Position numbers and translations under genes: made by a program
Source: an uncultured Clostridia bacterium
GTDB taxonomy: Bacteria > Bacillota > Clostridia > UMGS1883
NCBI GenBank assembly: GCA_934476455.1
Contig: CAKSNY010000002.1
Location: 10,689-74,688, forward strand
Reading direction: 5' to 3'
DNA: 64,000 nt
Shown here: positions 29,905-39,368 of the stretch, one piece after another
Numbering within the stretch: position 1 is the stretch's first letter
Layout: each line of letters starts with the position of its first letter
The notes under the pieces: generated by a model
Told to the model about the DNA's origin: nothing
Seen by the model: the letters and a program-made list of their open reading frames with translations, nothing else
The model's database searches: none

Positions 29905-29938
29905 TTAACCATAACGTTTTGAATTGGAGTGATTTAAG

Positions 29939-31174
29939 TTGTTGGAAAAAATAACCAGTGGATTTTTAAAATTCTTTGCCAACACCGGTATAACGGAAAT
30001 GTTTTTCGGCAGCGGTACGGTATGGTGGAAAACGGCTATAATGATTACAATCGCGTGCGTGCTTTTGTACCTTGCCATTGTAAAGCAGTTTGAGCCGCTG
30101 CTTCTGCTTCCGATAGCATTCGGTATGCTGTTGGCAAACCTTCCCTTAGGCGGCGTAATGCACCCCGAGCTGTTTATGGGAAAAGAGATAGACTACGGCA
30201 GGGTGCTTCACGAGGGCGGACTGTTGGATATGCTGTACTTAGGCGTTAAGCTTGGCATATACCCGCCGCTTATATTCCTCGGAATAGGATGTATGACGGA
30301 TTTCGGCCCGCTTATAGCAAATCCCAAAAGCATACTTTTGGGCGCTGCCGCACAGCTTGGCGTGTTCATTACATTTATGGGCGCGGTTACGCTCGGCGCG
30401 TTTAAAATCGGCGGATTCGGCGCAGACGGCACAATAGAAACCATCTTCCGCGAGGCAGCCGCAATAGGCATTATCGGCGGTGCGGACGGTCCTACGGCTA
30501 TATACGTAACAAAAACGCTTGCCCCCACGCTTTTAAGTGCGATTGCGATTGCGGCGTATTCATATATGGCGCTTATACCTATTATTCAGCCGCCGATTAT
30601 GAAAGCGCTTACTACGCCTGAGGAACGCAAAATAGTGATGGAGCAGCTTCGCCCCGTTACGCAGAAAGAAAAAATACTTTTTCCTATAATAGTTACGATT
30701 GTTGTAACGCTTCTCGTTCCCGATGCGGCACCGCTTGTAGGTATGCTTATGCTCGGAAATCTGTTTAAGGAAAGCGGCGTCGTTGACAGAATTTGCAAAG
30801 CTGCCCAAAACGAGTTGATGAATATTGTTACAATATTCCTCGGAATGACGGTAGGCGCAACGGCAACCGCAGATAATTTCCTTACCCCGAAAACAATACT
30901 TATTATATGTCTGGGTCTTATAGCGTTTTCCGTAAGTACAGCAGGCGGCGTAATTTTCGGACGTATTATGTGCAAGGTGTCCGGCGGCAAGGTTAATCCC
31001 CTTATCGGCAGCGCCGGCGTAAGCGCAGTTCCCATGGCAGCGCGTGTGTCGCAGGTTGTCGGGCAGAAAGAAAACCCCTCAAACTTTTTGCTTATGCACG
31101 CTATGGGACCGAACGTTGCCGGCGTTATCGGCAGCGCCGTTGCGGCAGGCGTGTTCCTGGCACTGTTTAAGTAA
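29939..31174 (+). CDS. oadB: Na+-translocating decarboxylase beta subunit (OadB/MmdB/GcdB family)
   Basis: high identity to OadB signatures ([71 protein letters not shown]). Confidence 0.85.
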   Translation: MLEKITSGFLKFFANTGITEMFFGSGTVWWKTAIMITIACVLLYLAIVKQFEPLLLLPIAFGMLLANLPLGGVMHPELFMGKEIDYGRVLHEGGLLDMLYLGVKLGIYPPLIFLGIGCMTDFGPLIANPKSILLGAAAQLGVFITFMGAVTLGAFKIGGFGADGTIETIFREAAAIGIIGGADGPTAIYVTKTLAPTLLSAIAIAAYSYMALIPIIQPPIMKALTTPEERKIVMEQLRPVTQKEKILFPIIVTIVVTLLVPDAAPLVGMLMLGNLFKESGVVDRICKAAQNELMNIVTIFLGMTVGATATADNFLTPKTILIICLGLIAFSVSTAGGVIFGRIMCKVSGGKVNPLIGSAGVSAVPMAARVSQVVGQKENPSNFLLMHAMGPNVAGVIGSAVAAGVFLALFK

Positions 31175-31192
31175 ATAGAAAGGAAGATTACA

Positions 31193-32599
31193 ATGGAGAA
31201 TAAAAAACCCGTTAAAATAACCGAAACCGTTCTTCGTGACGCGCACCAGTCGTTGATTGCAACGCGTATGACGACGGAGGAAATCCTCGGCGCTGTTGAA
31301 ATGCTTGATAAGGTCGGCTACAATGCGCTTGAGGCATGGGGCGGCGCAACATTTGACAGCTGCCTGCGCTTCTTAAAGGAAGACCCGTGGGAAAGGCTGC
31401 GCAAGATAAAGGCAAAAGCAAAAAACACACCTATACAAATGCTTTTCCGCGGTCAGAATATTTTGGGCTACCGCCATTACGGCGACGATGTGGTTGAATA
31501 TTTTGTTCAGAAATCGATTGCAAACGGCGTTGATATTATAAGAATTTTCGATGCACTTAACGATGTGCGTAACCTTAAAACCGCAATTAACGCAACAATA
31601 AAGGAAAAAGGACACGTTCAGGCGGCAATATCCTATACGATAAGCCCCGTTCATACAAACGAAACCTTTATCAAGCTTGCAAAGCAGCTTGAAGAGATGG
31701 GCGCAAGCTCTATCTGCATAAAGGATATGGCAGGTCTTTTGACGCCGTACAATGCGTACGAGCTTGTAACGGGAATGAAAAAGGCGGTTAAAGTTCCGAT
31801 AGAGCTTCACACGCATTATACAAGCGGTGTTGCGTCTATGACATATCTTAAGGCAATCGAGGCAGGCGTGGATATAATAGACTGTGCAATATCGCCCTTT
31901 GCAATGGGGACAAGCCAGCCCGCTACAGAACCTATGGTTGCAACGCTTCAAAATACACCTTACGATACAGGGCTTGACCTCGGGCTGCTCAGTGAAATTG
32001 CAGATTATTTCCGCCCGATACGTGAGAAGTATATTGCAAACGGAACGCTTAACCCGAAGGCGCTTGCGGTGGATGTAAACACGCTTAAATATCAGGTTCC
32101 CGGCGGAATGTTGTCAAACCTTATATCACAGCTTAAGCAGCTTGGTGCAGAGGATAAATTCCAGGAGGTTCTGCGCGAGGTTCCCCGTGTGCGTGAGGAT
32201 GCAGGCTTCCCGCCGCTTGTAACGCCGTCAAGCCAGATTGTCGGAACGCAGGCAGTGTTTAACGTTGTTTTGGGCGAACGCTACAAAAACGTTACAAAGG
32301 AATTCCGCGGTCTTATCCGCGGAGAGTACGGTAAAACCCCCGTTGACATAAAGCCTGATTTTGCAAAGAAGATTTTAGGCGACGAGGAGCGCATAACCTG
32401 CCGTCCGGCGGATAATATCCCCAATGAGCTTGACAAGTTCAGAAGCGAAATAAGCGAATATATCGAACAGGACGAGGATGTATTAAGCTACGCACTGTTC
32501 GGACAGGTTGCCACAAAGTTTTTTGAGTACCGCCAGGGTCAGAAATATAAAATAGACCCCGAGCTCGCGGACAAGGAAAACAAGGTTCATCCTATGTAA
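31193..32599 (+). CDS. oxaloacetate decarboxylase alpha / pyruvate carboxylase subunit B-like 5S carboxyltransferase (no biotinyl domain)
   Basis: HMGL-like TIM barrel with VKITETVLRDAHQSL, LHTHYTSG motifs plus conserved C-terminal carboxyltransferase domain; 468 aa lacks C-terminal biotin domain. Confidence 0.8.
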   Translation: MENKKPVKITETVLRDAHQSLIATRMTTEEILGAVEMLDKVGYNALEAWGGATFDSCLRFLKEDPWERLRKIKAKAKNTPIQMLFRGQNILGYRHYGDDVVEYFVQKSIANGVDIIRIFDALNDVRNLKTAINATIKEKGHVQAAISYTISPVHTNETFIKLAKQLEEMGASSICIKDMAGLLTPYNAYELVTGMKKAVKVPIELHTHYTSGVASMTYLKAIEAGVDIIDCAISPFAMGTSQPATEPMVATLQNTPYDTGLDLGLLSEIADYFRPIREKYIANGTLNPKALAVDVNTLKYQVPGGMLSNLISQLKQLGAEDKFQEVLREVPRVREDAGFPPLVTPSSQIVGTQAVFNVVLGERYKNVTKEFRGLIRGEYGKTPVDIKPDFAKKILGDEERITCRPADNIPNELDKFRSEISEYIEQDEDVLSYALFGQVATKFFEYRQGQKYKIDPELADKENKVHPM

Positions 32600-32606
32600 A
32601 AATTAC

Positions 32607-32652
32607 AGCCCCCTCGGCGCAGATTACTGTCGAGGGGGCTTGGTATTTTATT
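32607..32652 (+). terminator. operon terminator
   Basis: agccccctcg...cgagggggct hairpin followed by U-rich tggtattttattt. Confidence 0.5.
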
Positions 32653-32670
32653 TAAGAGGGGTGGCAGGAA

Positions 32671-33462
32671 ATGAAGAGCGAGGAAATAAAGCTGAAAGCA
32701 GACGAAAGCTATATGAATGTAATTCGTTTCGGAAACGGCAGCAAAAATTTAATTATTATATCCGGCGTCAGCCTTACGGGTCTGGAGGGGCAGGGGGAAG
32801 CAGTAGCCGAAGCATACAGCACTTTTTGCGGGGAATATACCGTCTGTCTGTTTGAACGAAAAAAGGTTCTGAGGGAAAAATACAAAATTTTTGATATGGC
32901 AGAGGATGTTAGAAAGGCTATGGATATGCTTTCGATAGACAAAGCGTTTGTTTACGGTGTTTCGCAGGGCGGTATGATAGCACAGGTGCTTGCAATAAAT
33001 TATCCCGAAAGAGTGGAAAAAATGGCGCTTTGTTCGACAATGTGCCGCCCCACCGAAACGCTGAAAGGCGTGGCGGGAAGATGGATGCGCCTCGCCGCAG
33101 AGCATAACGTTACGGAGCTTAACAAATGCTTTTTTAAGGATGTTTATTCCGCTTCCTTTTTGGAAAGCGTCAAAGAAAAGCTGCCGATGCTTGAAAAAGA
33201 GGGAACAGCGCAGGACTGCGAACGTTTTTGTATTTTGGTTAAGGCTCTTTACGATTTTGACGTGTATGACAAGCTCAGCCAGATAAAATGCCCCGTGTTT
33301 GTCATAGGGGATGAGGACGACTGTACGATAGGCGCGGAAGGCTCGTATGAAATAATAAAAAAGCTTAATTGCAGCAGATATATGTACAGCGGCTACGGAC
33401 ACGCGGTGTATGACGAAGCCCCCGATATTAAAGAAAAAATAAAAACATTTTTTGAAATGTAA
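32671..33462 (+). CDS. alpha/beta-fold hydrolase
   Basis: nucleophile elbow GVSQGG, 263 aa. Confidence 0.7.
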   Translation: MKSEEIKLKADESYMNVIRFGNGSKNLIIISGVSLTGLEGQGEAVAEAYSTFCGEYTVCLFERKKVLREKYKIFDMAEDVRKAMDMLSIDKAFVYGVSQGGMIAQVLAINYPERVEKMALCSTMCRPTETLKGVAGRWMRLAAEHNVTELNKCFFKDVYSASFLESVKEKLPMLEKEGTAQDCERFCILVKALYDFDVYDKLSQIKCPVFVIGDEDDCTIGAEGSYEIIKKLNCSRYMYSGYGHAVYDEAPDIKEKIKTFFEM

Positions 33463-33506
33463 ATAAAAAAGCAGCACCAACCTAAAGGTTGATACTGCTT
33501 TTTTGG
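33458..33506. repeat. 49-nt perfect direct repeat, copy 1 (contains bidirectional terminator hairpin)
   Basis: tgtaaataaaaaagcagcaccaacctaaaggttgatactgcttttttgg identical to 33871-33919. Confidence 0.7.
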
Positions 33507-33670
33507 CAATGCCGAACCATAGAGATATTTGCGCCGCAGGCGCATCTCGCAAAAAGGTGGTAGCGACTGTGAGCCGTTGTGAGTGCGTTTACAAGCGAAC
33601 AGGCGAGCCGAGCGTGCCTTTTTGCGAAAGAGGAGGAACGACGGCGCGTGTGACTGATTTTTCTGTAAAG

Positions 33671-33721
33671 AAAAATCGGAACGGAGCAAAGTCCGTTCCG
33701 ACGTGGTCGGAGTGGCGGGAC
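33671..33721. repeat. fragment related to the repeat-element 5' module plus 18-nt duplicate of tRNA-Pro 3' end
   Basis: aaaaatcggaacggagcaaagtccgttccg (33671-33700) then tggtcggagtggcgggac (33704-33721) identical to tRNA 3' end at 33917-33934. Confidence 0.55.
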
Positions 33722-33870
33722 ACAGTCGCATTTTATGCGCCTGACCTGCTTGACGACCGAAATGCTTTTTCATTTCGGTACCCGTCTGCGCACCAAAAAG
33801 CTAAAAAACCCGCCACAGGCGGCTTTTTATGCCGCTTTTTGCCCTCTTAGGGTTCAAGTTCCGCCATTTT

Positions 33871-33919
33871 TGTAAATAAAAAAGCAGCACCAACCTAAAG
33901 GTTGATACTGCTTTTTTGG
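33871..33919. repeat. 49-nt perfect direct repeat, copy 2 (overlaps tRNA-Pro CCA end)
   Basis: identical to 33458-33506. Confidence 0.7.
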
Positions 33920-33993
33920 TCGGAGTGGCGGGACTTGAACCCGCGGCCTCTTGGTCCCGAACCAAGCACGCTACCAAACTGCGCTACACCCCG
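33917..33993 (-). tRNA. tRNA-Pro (anticodon CGG)
   Basis: reverse complement gives CGGGGTGTAGCGCAGTTTGGTAGCGTGCTTGGTTCGGGACCAAGAGGCCGCGGGTTCAAGTCCCGCCACTCCGACCA; anticodon loop TTCGGGA, T-loop GGTTCAAGTCC, encoded CCA. Confidence 0.85.
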
Positions 33994-34083
33994 AAAACAC
34001 TGAAATAACATCAGCAAAAGATATTATAATATAAAATCGCGGTAAATGCAAGAAAAATTTTAAAAATTTTACACACACGGGGC

Positions 34084-34893
34084 TTAAAGGCTGATTTCAA
34101 TGCTTTTACGTTCTTTATAATATACGGTGCTTTTAAAACCAAACTCCTTTAAAAGCGCCTTTGCGCGCAAAAAGCCGTGTCCCACGTTTTCGGGCAGATG
34201 CGCGTCACTGCCGGTCGAAATAAGCGTGCCGCCCATATTGCGGTAAAGCTTCAGCACCTCTTTTGACGGCATAAAATCAAAAAGCTGGCGGTCAAGCTCT
34301 GAAGTATTAATCTCCAGAGCCTTTTTTTTGTCTATAATAACGCCGAGAATACGCTCTATATCCTTTGTAAAAGGCACAAGGGAAATCCCCTTGTGATAAA
34401 CGCCGTTTATATACCTCAGCGGCAGCGTTAAATGTGCGCATATGTCAAAATCAAAAGAAGAAAGGGTTTTAAAAAGGTCGTTAAAATAAATATGTGCAAT
34501 TTCTTCGGTGCGCTGCATGCTGAGCGCGCCGAAATCTATATGTGACAAGCCGTGGTGCATACACCCGTCAAAAATGCGGTGTACGGAAATGAGAACACAG
34601 TCAAGCGGAATATTTTTTAGTATTCTTTCAAAATAATCTGCCTTATAAAGCACGCCTGAAAACTCGGCGCCGCGCGTAACCGTAAGCGACGGGAACGCCG
34701 CGCTTTGCTCCTTTGCATATTCGGATGAATTTAAAACCGTTCTGTAGGCATTGTCCGTAACACAGGTTAAAAGGCTGCAATGGTCCGTAAAGCAAATTCC
34801 GTCAAGCGGTATGTTTTGCGCAGCAAGGCACAGTTCCTTGCCGTCTGCATTGCTGTCCTTTGAAAATTTTGTGTGAATATGTGAATCAAACAC
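34084..34893 (-). CDS. PHP-family phosphoesterase (histidinol-phosphatase HisJ-like)
   Basis: N-terminal MFDSHIHTKFS metal-binding motif, further His/Asp motifs (GSDAHL). Confidence 0.7.
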   Translation of the reverse strand: MFDSHIHTKFSKDSNADGKELCLAAQNIPLDGICFTDHCSLLTCVTDNAYRTVLNSSEYAKEQSAAFPSLTVTRGAEFSGVLYKADYFERILKNIPLDCVLISVHRIFDGCMHHGLSHIDFGALSMQRTEEIAHIYFNDLFKTLSSFDFDICAHLTLPLRYINGVYHKGISLVPFTKDIERILGVIIDKKKALEINTSELDRQLFDFMPSKEVLKLYRNMGGTLISTGSDAHLPENVGHGFLRAKALLKEFGFKSTVYYKERKSIEISL

Positions 34894-35163
34894 TGTGTGC
34901 CACCTCTTTGGCGTGATTATACTATTTATTTAAGACAAAGTCAACGGAAAAAGAAACATAACAGGGAAAATTTAACAAAAATTAAATACTTTTTTAATAA
35001 AAATTAAAAGATAAAAATTTTTGTACACAAAATATAGTGGCACTTAGCGGGCAAAAACATAAATATTGTGGGCGTTTTCATCATATTAAAAAAAATAAAG
35101 CGTTATGAAAAAAATTTTAAAAAAGTATTGAAATCCTGCCAAAACTATAGTAGAATATATCTG

Positions 35164-35206
35164 TGGTGCACGAAAGTGCATAAAAGTGACGGAAAGTGTA
35201 GGTGAT
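35164..35206 (+). promoter_or_regulatory. putative MraZ operator: GTG-pentamer repeats with 10-bp periodicity in mraZ 5' region
   Basis: GTGGT(35164) GTGCA(35176) GTGAC(35186) GTGTA(35196) GTGAT(35202); additional GTGGC/GCGGG/GTGGG boxes at 35034-35075. Confidence 0.3.
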
Positions 35207-35211
35207 ACAAG

Positions 35212-35646
35212 TTGTTCGTAGGCGAATATTCACATAATATTGACGCGAAGGGCAGAATTACAATGCCGGCGAAGTTCCGCGAACAGCTTGGCAATTGCTT
35301 TATGGTTACAAAGGGCTTTGAGGGCTGCTTGTTTGTGTACCCTATGGATGCGTGGACAGAGCTTGCCGAAAACCTCAGTAAGCTTCCGTCAAACCAAAAA
35401 AGCGCCAGATATTTGCAAAGAACCTTCCTTTCAGGCGCGGCAGAGGCAGAGCCCGATAAACAGGGCAAGGTGCTTATAACACCGCCGCATCGTGAATATG
35501 CAGGTCTTGAAAAAGAGGTTGTCATAATCGGTGTAAGCAAGCGTGTGGAGATATGGTCTGCCGCAAGGTGGAAGGAATATTCCGAAAGCGAGAACGAAAT
35601 GTCTCTTGACGAGGCAGCAGAAAGCATTGACGAAATATGCTTCTGA
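35212..35646 (+). CDS. mraZ: transcriptional regulator MraZ
   Basis: TTG start, MFVGEYSHNIDAKGRITMPAKFRE... duplicated SpoVT/AbrB-like domains. Confidence 0.85.
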   Translation: MFVGEYSHNIDAKGRITMPAKFREQLGNCFMVTKGFEGCLFVYPMDAWTELAENLSKLPSNQKSARYLQRTFLSGAAEAEPDKQGKVLITPPHREYAGLEKEVVIIGVSKRVEIWSAARWKEYSESENEMSLDEAAESIDEICF

Positions 35647-35661
35647 TAACGGGGGTATAGT

Positions 35662-36585
35662 ATGGCTTTCAATCACGTAACGGTGCTGCTTAAAGAAACA
35701 GTGGACAGCCTTAATGTAAAAAAGGGCGGTGTGTATGCCGATATGACGCTTGGCGGCGGCGGACATACAGCGCTGATACTTGAGCGCGGCGGCCGCGTTT
35801 TCGGATTTGACCGCGATATTGCGGCAATTGAAAATGCGAAAAAACGTTTTTCGGGAATGGATTTTGTTGCGGTACACTCAAACTTTTCACGTATAAAGGA
35901 GGAGACGCAGCGTCTCGGAATAGAAAAGTTTGACGGTATTATTGCGGATTTGGGCGTTTCATCACCGCAGCTTGACGATGCACAGCGCGGTTTTTCCTAT
36001 ATGCAGAACGCACCGCTCGATATGCGTATGGACAGGCGGGACAAGCTGTCCGCGCGCGATGTTGTAAATTCTTACAGCGAGGAAGAGCTTTTCAGGGTTA
36101 TATCCGCTTACGGAGAAGAGCGCTGGGCAAGCAGAATAGCAAAGTTTATAGTAAACGAAAGAGAAAAAGCAAGCATTGACACAACGTTTCAGCTTGTTGA
36201 GATAATTAAAGCGGCAATTCCGCTTTCCGCCCGAAAGGACGGACCGCATCCCGCAAAGAGAACGTTTCAGGCTATAAGGATTGAGGTAAACGGGGAGCTT
36301 AAAATATTGCACGATGCCGTAATAAACGGCGTGGATTTGTTAAAAAAAGGCGGCAGAATGTCTGTAATAACGTTTCACAGCCTTGAGGACAGGGCAGTGA
36401 AAAACGCATTTGCCGAGCTTAAAAAGGGCTGTATATGCCCGAAGGATTTTCCCGTGTGCGTGTGCGGCAGAAAACCGCAAATCCGCTACATAACACAAAA
36501 ACCCATTACCCCCTCTGAAGAGGAGCTGGAGCGCAACCCACGGGCAAGAAGCAGTAAACTGAGAACAGTAGAAAAGACGGTTTAA
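35662..36585 (+). CDS. rsmH: 16S rRNA (cytosine1402-N4)-methyltransferase
   Basis: LKETVDSLN...[12 protein letters not shown] signature. Confidence 0.9.
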   Translation: MAFNHVTVLLKETVDSLNVKKGGVYADMTLGGGGHTALILERGGRVFGFDRDIAAIENAKKRFSGMDFVAVHSNFSRIKEETQRLGIEKFDGIIADLGVSSPQLDDAQRGFSYMQNAPLDMRMDRRDKLSARDVVNSYSEEELFRVISAYGEERWASRIAKFIVNEREKASIDTTFQLVEIIKAAIPLSARKDGPHPAKRTFQAIRIEVNGELKILHDAVINGVDLLKKGGRMSVITFHSLEDRAVKNAFAELKKGCICPKDFPVCVCGRKPQIRYITQKPITPSEEELERNPRARSSKLRTVEKTV

Positions 36586-36597
36586 CGGAGGGTTTAG

Positions 36598-37083
36598 ATG
36601 TATACGAGAGGTTCAAACGCTTATAAAGATGATTTTTATACACACGAGAAAGCCGCGCCGCGTTCTTACAGTGCAGACAAGGTAAAAACGGCGGTCAGGG
36701 CAAAGAAAAGAATAAATAAGAGAGTGCTTTTAAAAAAACGCATTGCGGCGTCTGTGGGGGCGCTTGCGGTAATGGCATTTGCAGTGCTGTCACGCCATGC
36801 GGCAGTTGCGCAGGAGTTCGGAACGCTGGCCGAGGCGCGCAGCGAGCTTGAAACCGTAAACGCACAGATTATTGAAACACAGGTTAAGGCAGAGGGTAAC
36901 GTAGACCCGAAAAAGATTGAAGCGGAGGCGCAGCGCCTCGGATTAAGACAGCCTATGAAGAATCAGATCAAGTATATTTCCCTGGGAAATACTGATAACG
37001 GAGAGGTTCTTAAAACTGAAAAAACGAGTAGTTTTAATGCGTTTATAAACCGTATATCGGTCATACTGGAATACTTGTATTAG
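36598..37083 (+). CDS. ftsL: cell division protein FtsL-like (single TM + coiled coil)
   Basis: position between rsmH and PBP, TM helix IAASVGALAVMAFAVL followed by coiled coil. Confidence 0.5.
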   Translation: MYTRGSNAYKDDFYTHEKAAPRSYSADKVKTAVRAKKRINKRVLLKKRIAASVGALAVMAFAVLSRHAAVAQEFGTLAEARSELETVNAQIIETQVKAEGNVDPKKIEAEAQRLGLRQPMKNQIKYISLGNTDNGEVLKTEKTSSFNAFINRISVILEYLY

Positions 37084-37163
37084 TATAATGAAAGGGAAGT
37101 GGCAATTTAATCCGAATGCCATTGTCCCTTTTTGCGTTTTATTGTAGTATGGAGGAAGAAAAA

Positions 37164-39356
37164 ATGCCAAAAACGCCCTTTTCCACAAAAAAAAGAATAC
37201 GAATGATGGCAATAATGTTTATGGTTGGCGTAACGGTGCTTGTGTTAAAGCTTGTGTGGATTCAGTTTGTGCGCGGCGGAGAATATAAGACGATGGCGGC
37301 GCAGCAGCAAACGCGCGACAGTACCATAACGGCAAAGCGCGGCACGATATACGACAGAAATATGAAGGTTCTTGCACAAAGCGCAACCTCTGAAAGGGTT
37401 ATAATAGACCCAAAAGAAATTGCCGATAAGGAAAATTCGGCAGAGGTTATAAAGGCGCTTAAAAAAATTCTCGGCTGCGACCGTGACGATCTTAAAAAGA
37501 AGCTTGCGCGTACAGACCGCCGAAGCGTAATTGTGGCAAAGCAGGTTGAAAAAAGTACGGCAGACAGGCTGCGTAAACTTAACCTTACGGGTATACATTT
37601 TGAAGAGGATGCAAAAAGATATTATCCCTACGGCTCTTTGGCGGCACAGGTCATAGGCTTTACCGGCAGCGACAGCCAGGGGCTGGAGGGGCTTGAAAAC
37701 GTACTTGACGAACAGCTAAAGGGTGTTGACGGGCGTGTTGTAAAAGCGCGTGACGCGGCAAACCGCGATATGCCCTTTAAGTATGAAAAGTACATACAGC
37801 CGCAGGACGGCAAGGGCGTTGTTTTAACCATTGACGAGGTAATTCAAAGATATACCGAAAAGCATTTGCAGCAGGCTTACGAGGAAAACCTGATAGGAAA
37901 CGGTGCGGCTGCAATTGTAATGGACCCGAAAACAAGCGAAATTCTGGCAATGGCGGTTGCGCCCGGCTATGACCTTAACGACCCGCGCACAATAACCGAC
38001 CAGCTTACGTTAGACAGGCTTGACGCCCTTGAACTGGAGGGCGACGCATACAAAAAGGCATACAGCGAGGCTGTAACCAAAATGTGGAGAAACAAGGCTG
38101 TGGTAGACTCTTACGAGCCGGGCTCCACATTTAAAACGATAGTTGCGGCGTCGGCGCTTGAAGAGGGCGTTGCCACAGTGCAGGATCACTTTGTGTGCAC
38201 GGGGGTGCGGCACGTTGCAAACCGCGACATACACTGCTGGAAAACCGCGGGACACGGGGAGGAGTCCTTCGAGCAGGGCGTTATGAACTCGTGCAACCCG
38301 GTATTTATGGAGCTTGGCTCGCGCTTGGGGGCAGAGGGCTTTAGGAAATACTTTACCGCATTCGGTCTGACGGAAAAAACAGGGTTTAAAATCCCCGGGG
38401 AATCGGCGGGGTCTTTCCACCGGACACTCGGCGCGGTAGATTTGGCAACATCGTCATTCGGGCAGACCTTTACCGTTACGCCGCTTCAGCTTATAAGCGC
38501 AGTTTCTGCCGTAATAAACGGCGGAAATCTGATGAAGCCGCACATTATTAAAGCATATACAGACCCAAACGGCAAGGTTATCGAAAATACGGAACCCGAA
38601 ACGGTGCGGAATGTAGTTTCGGAGCAAACAAGCAGCCAGATGCGCTCGATACTTGAACAGGTTGTTGCAAACGGTACGGGCAAGGGCGCTTATATAAACG
38701 GCTTCCGCATAGGCGGAAAAACCGGTACAAGTGAAAAGCTGCCGCGCGGCAGCGGAAAATACATAGCGTCATTTGTGGGGTTTGCCCCGGCGGACGACCC
38801 GCAGATAGTGTGCCTGCTCCTTCTTGACGAGCCGAATGCAGGTCCGCACGGCGGCGGCGCCATAGCTGCACCCGCAGTTGGAAAAATAATACAGGATGTA
38901 TTGCCGTACCTCGGGTATGACGCACAGTATACAGAGGAAACGGCGGAGGAAATTTCCGTAGCCGTTCCCAATATAGAGGGCTGCACCACGGCAGAAGCAC
39001 AGGAAAAGCTTGAAAAGGTTGGGCTTAAAATAAACCTTAAGGGCAGCGGAAGCAAGGTTAAAAATCAAATACCCAAAGGCGGGGCAAGGCTTCACAAGGG
39101 CTCGCTTGTGCTTGCATATACGCAAAAGGACAAAAGCGACGTTACGGCAATCGTACCGGATGTTCGCGGTATGACATATGAAAACGCCAAGACGGCTATA
39201 GAAAACAGCGGTCTTGCAATAAAGATAGACGGAAAAGAAACGGCGGGAGCGCTTAATACGGATTATATAGCCGTATCGCAAAGCCCCGAAGCAAAAACGG
39301 AGGTTGCGCAGAAAACGGCAATATACGTAAAATTTGTTCAAAGAGACGCCGATTGA
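37164..39356 (+). CDS. class B penicillin-binding protein (FtsI/SpoVD-like) with two C-terminal PASTA domains
   Basis: transpeptidase motifs STFK (SxxK), SCN (SxN) and KTGT (KTGT); two PASTA repeats at C-terminus; start set to ATG 37164 after GGAGGAAG RBS. Confidence 0.85.
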   Translation: MPKTPFSTKKRIRMMAIMFMVGVTVLVLKLVWIQFVRGGEYKTMAAQQQTRDSTITAKRGTIYDRNMKVLAQSATSERVIIDPKEIADKENSAEVIKALKKILGCDRDDLKKKLARTDRRSVIVAKQVEKSTADRLRKLNLTGIHFEEDAKRYYPYGSLAAQVIGFTGSDSQGLEGLENVLDEQLKGVDGRVVKARDAANRDMPFKYEKYIQPQDGKGVVLTIDEVIQRYTEKHLQQAYEENLIGNGAAAIVMDPKTSEILAMAVAPGYDLNDPRTITDQLTLDRLDALELEGDAYKKAYSEAVTKMWRNKAVVDSYEPGSTFKTIVAASALEEGVATVQDHFVCTGVRHVANRDIHCWKTAGHGEESFEQGVMNSCNPVFMELGSRLGAEGFRKYFTAFGLTEKTGFKIPGESAGSFHRTLGAVDLATSSFGQTFTVTPLQLISAVSAVINGGNLMKPHIIKAYTDPNGKVIENTEPETVRNVVSEQTSSQMRSILEQVVANGTGKGAYINGFRIGGKTGTSEKLPRGSGKYIASFVGFAPADDPQIVCLLLLDEPNAGPHGGGAIAAPAVGKIIQDVLPYLGYDAQYTEETAEEISVAVPNIEGCTTAEAQEKLEKVGLKINLKGSGSKVKNQIPKGGARLHKGSLVLAYTQKDKSDVTAIVPDVRGMTYENAKTAIENSGLAIKIDGKETAGALNTDYIAVSQSPEAKTEVAQKTAIYVKFVQRDAD

Positions 39357-39368
39357 CGGAGGGTATTT

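Noticed and set aside
33846-33869. tRNA-like T-arm/acceptor fragment on the plus strand, considered as a second tRNA gene
   Set aside because: No D-arm or anticodon arm can be formed from upstream sequence, so it is treated as a degenerate att-site fragment.
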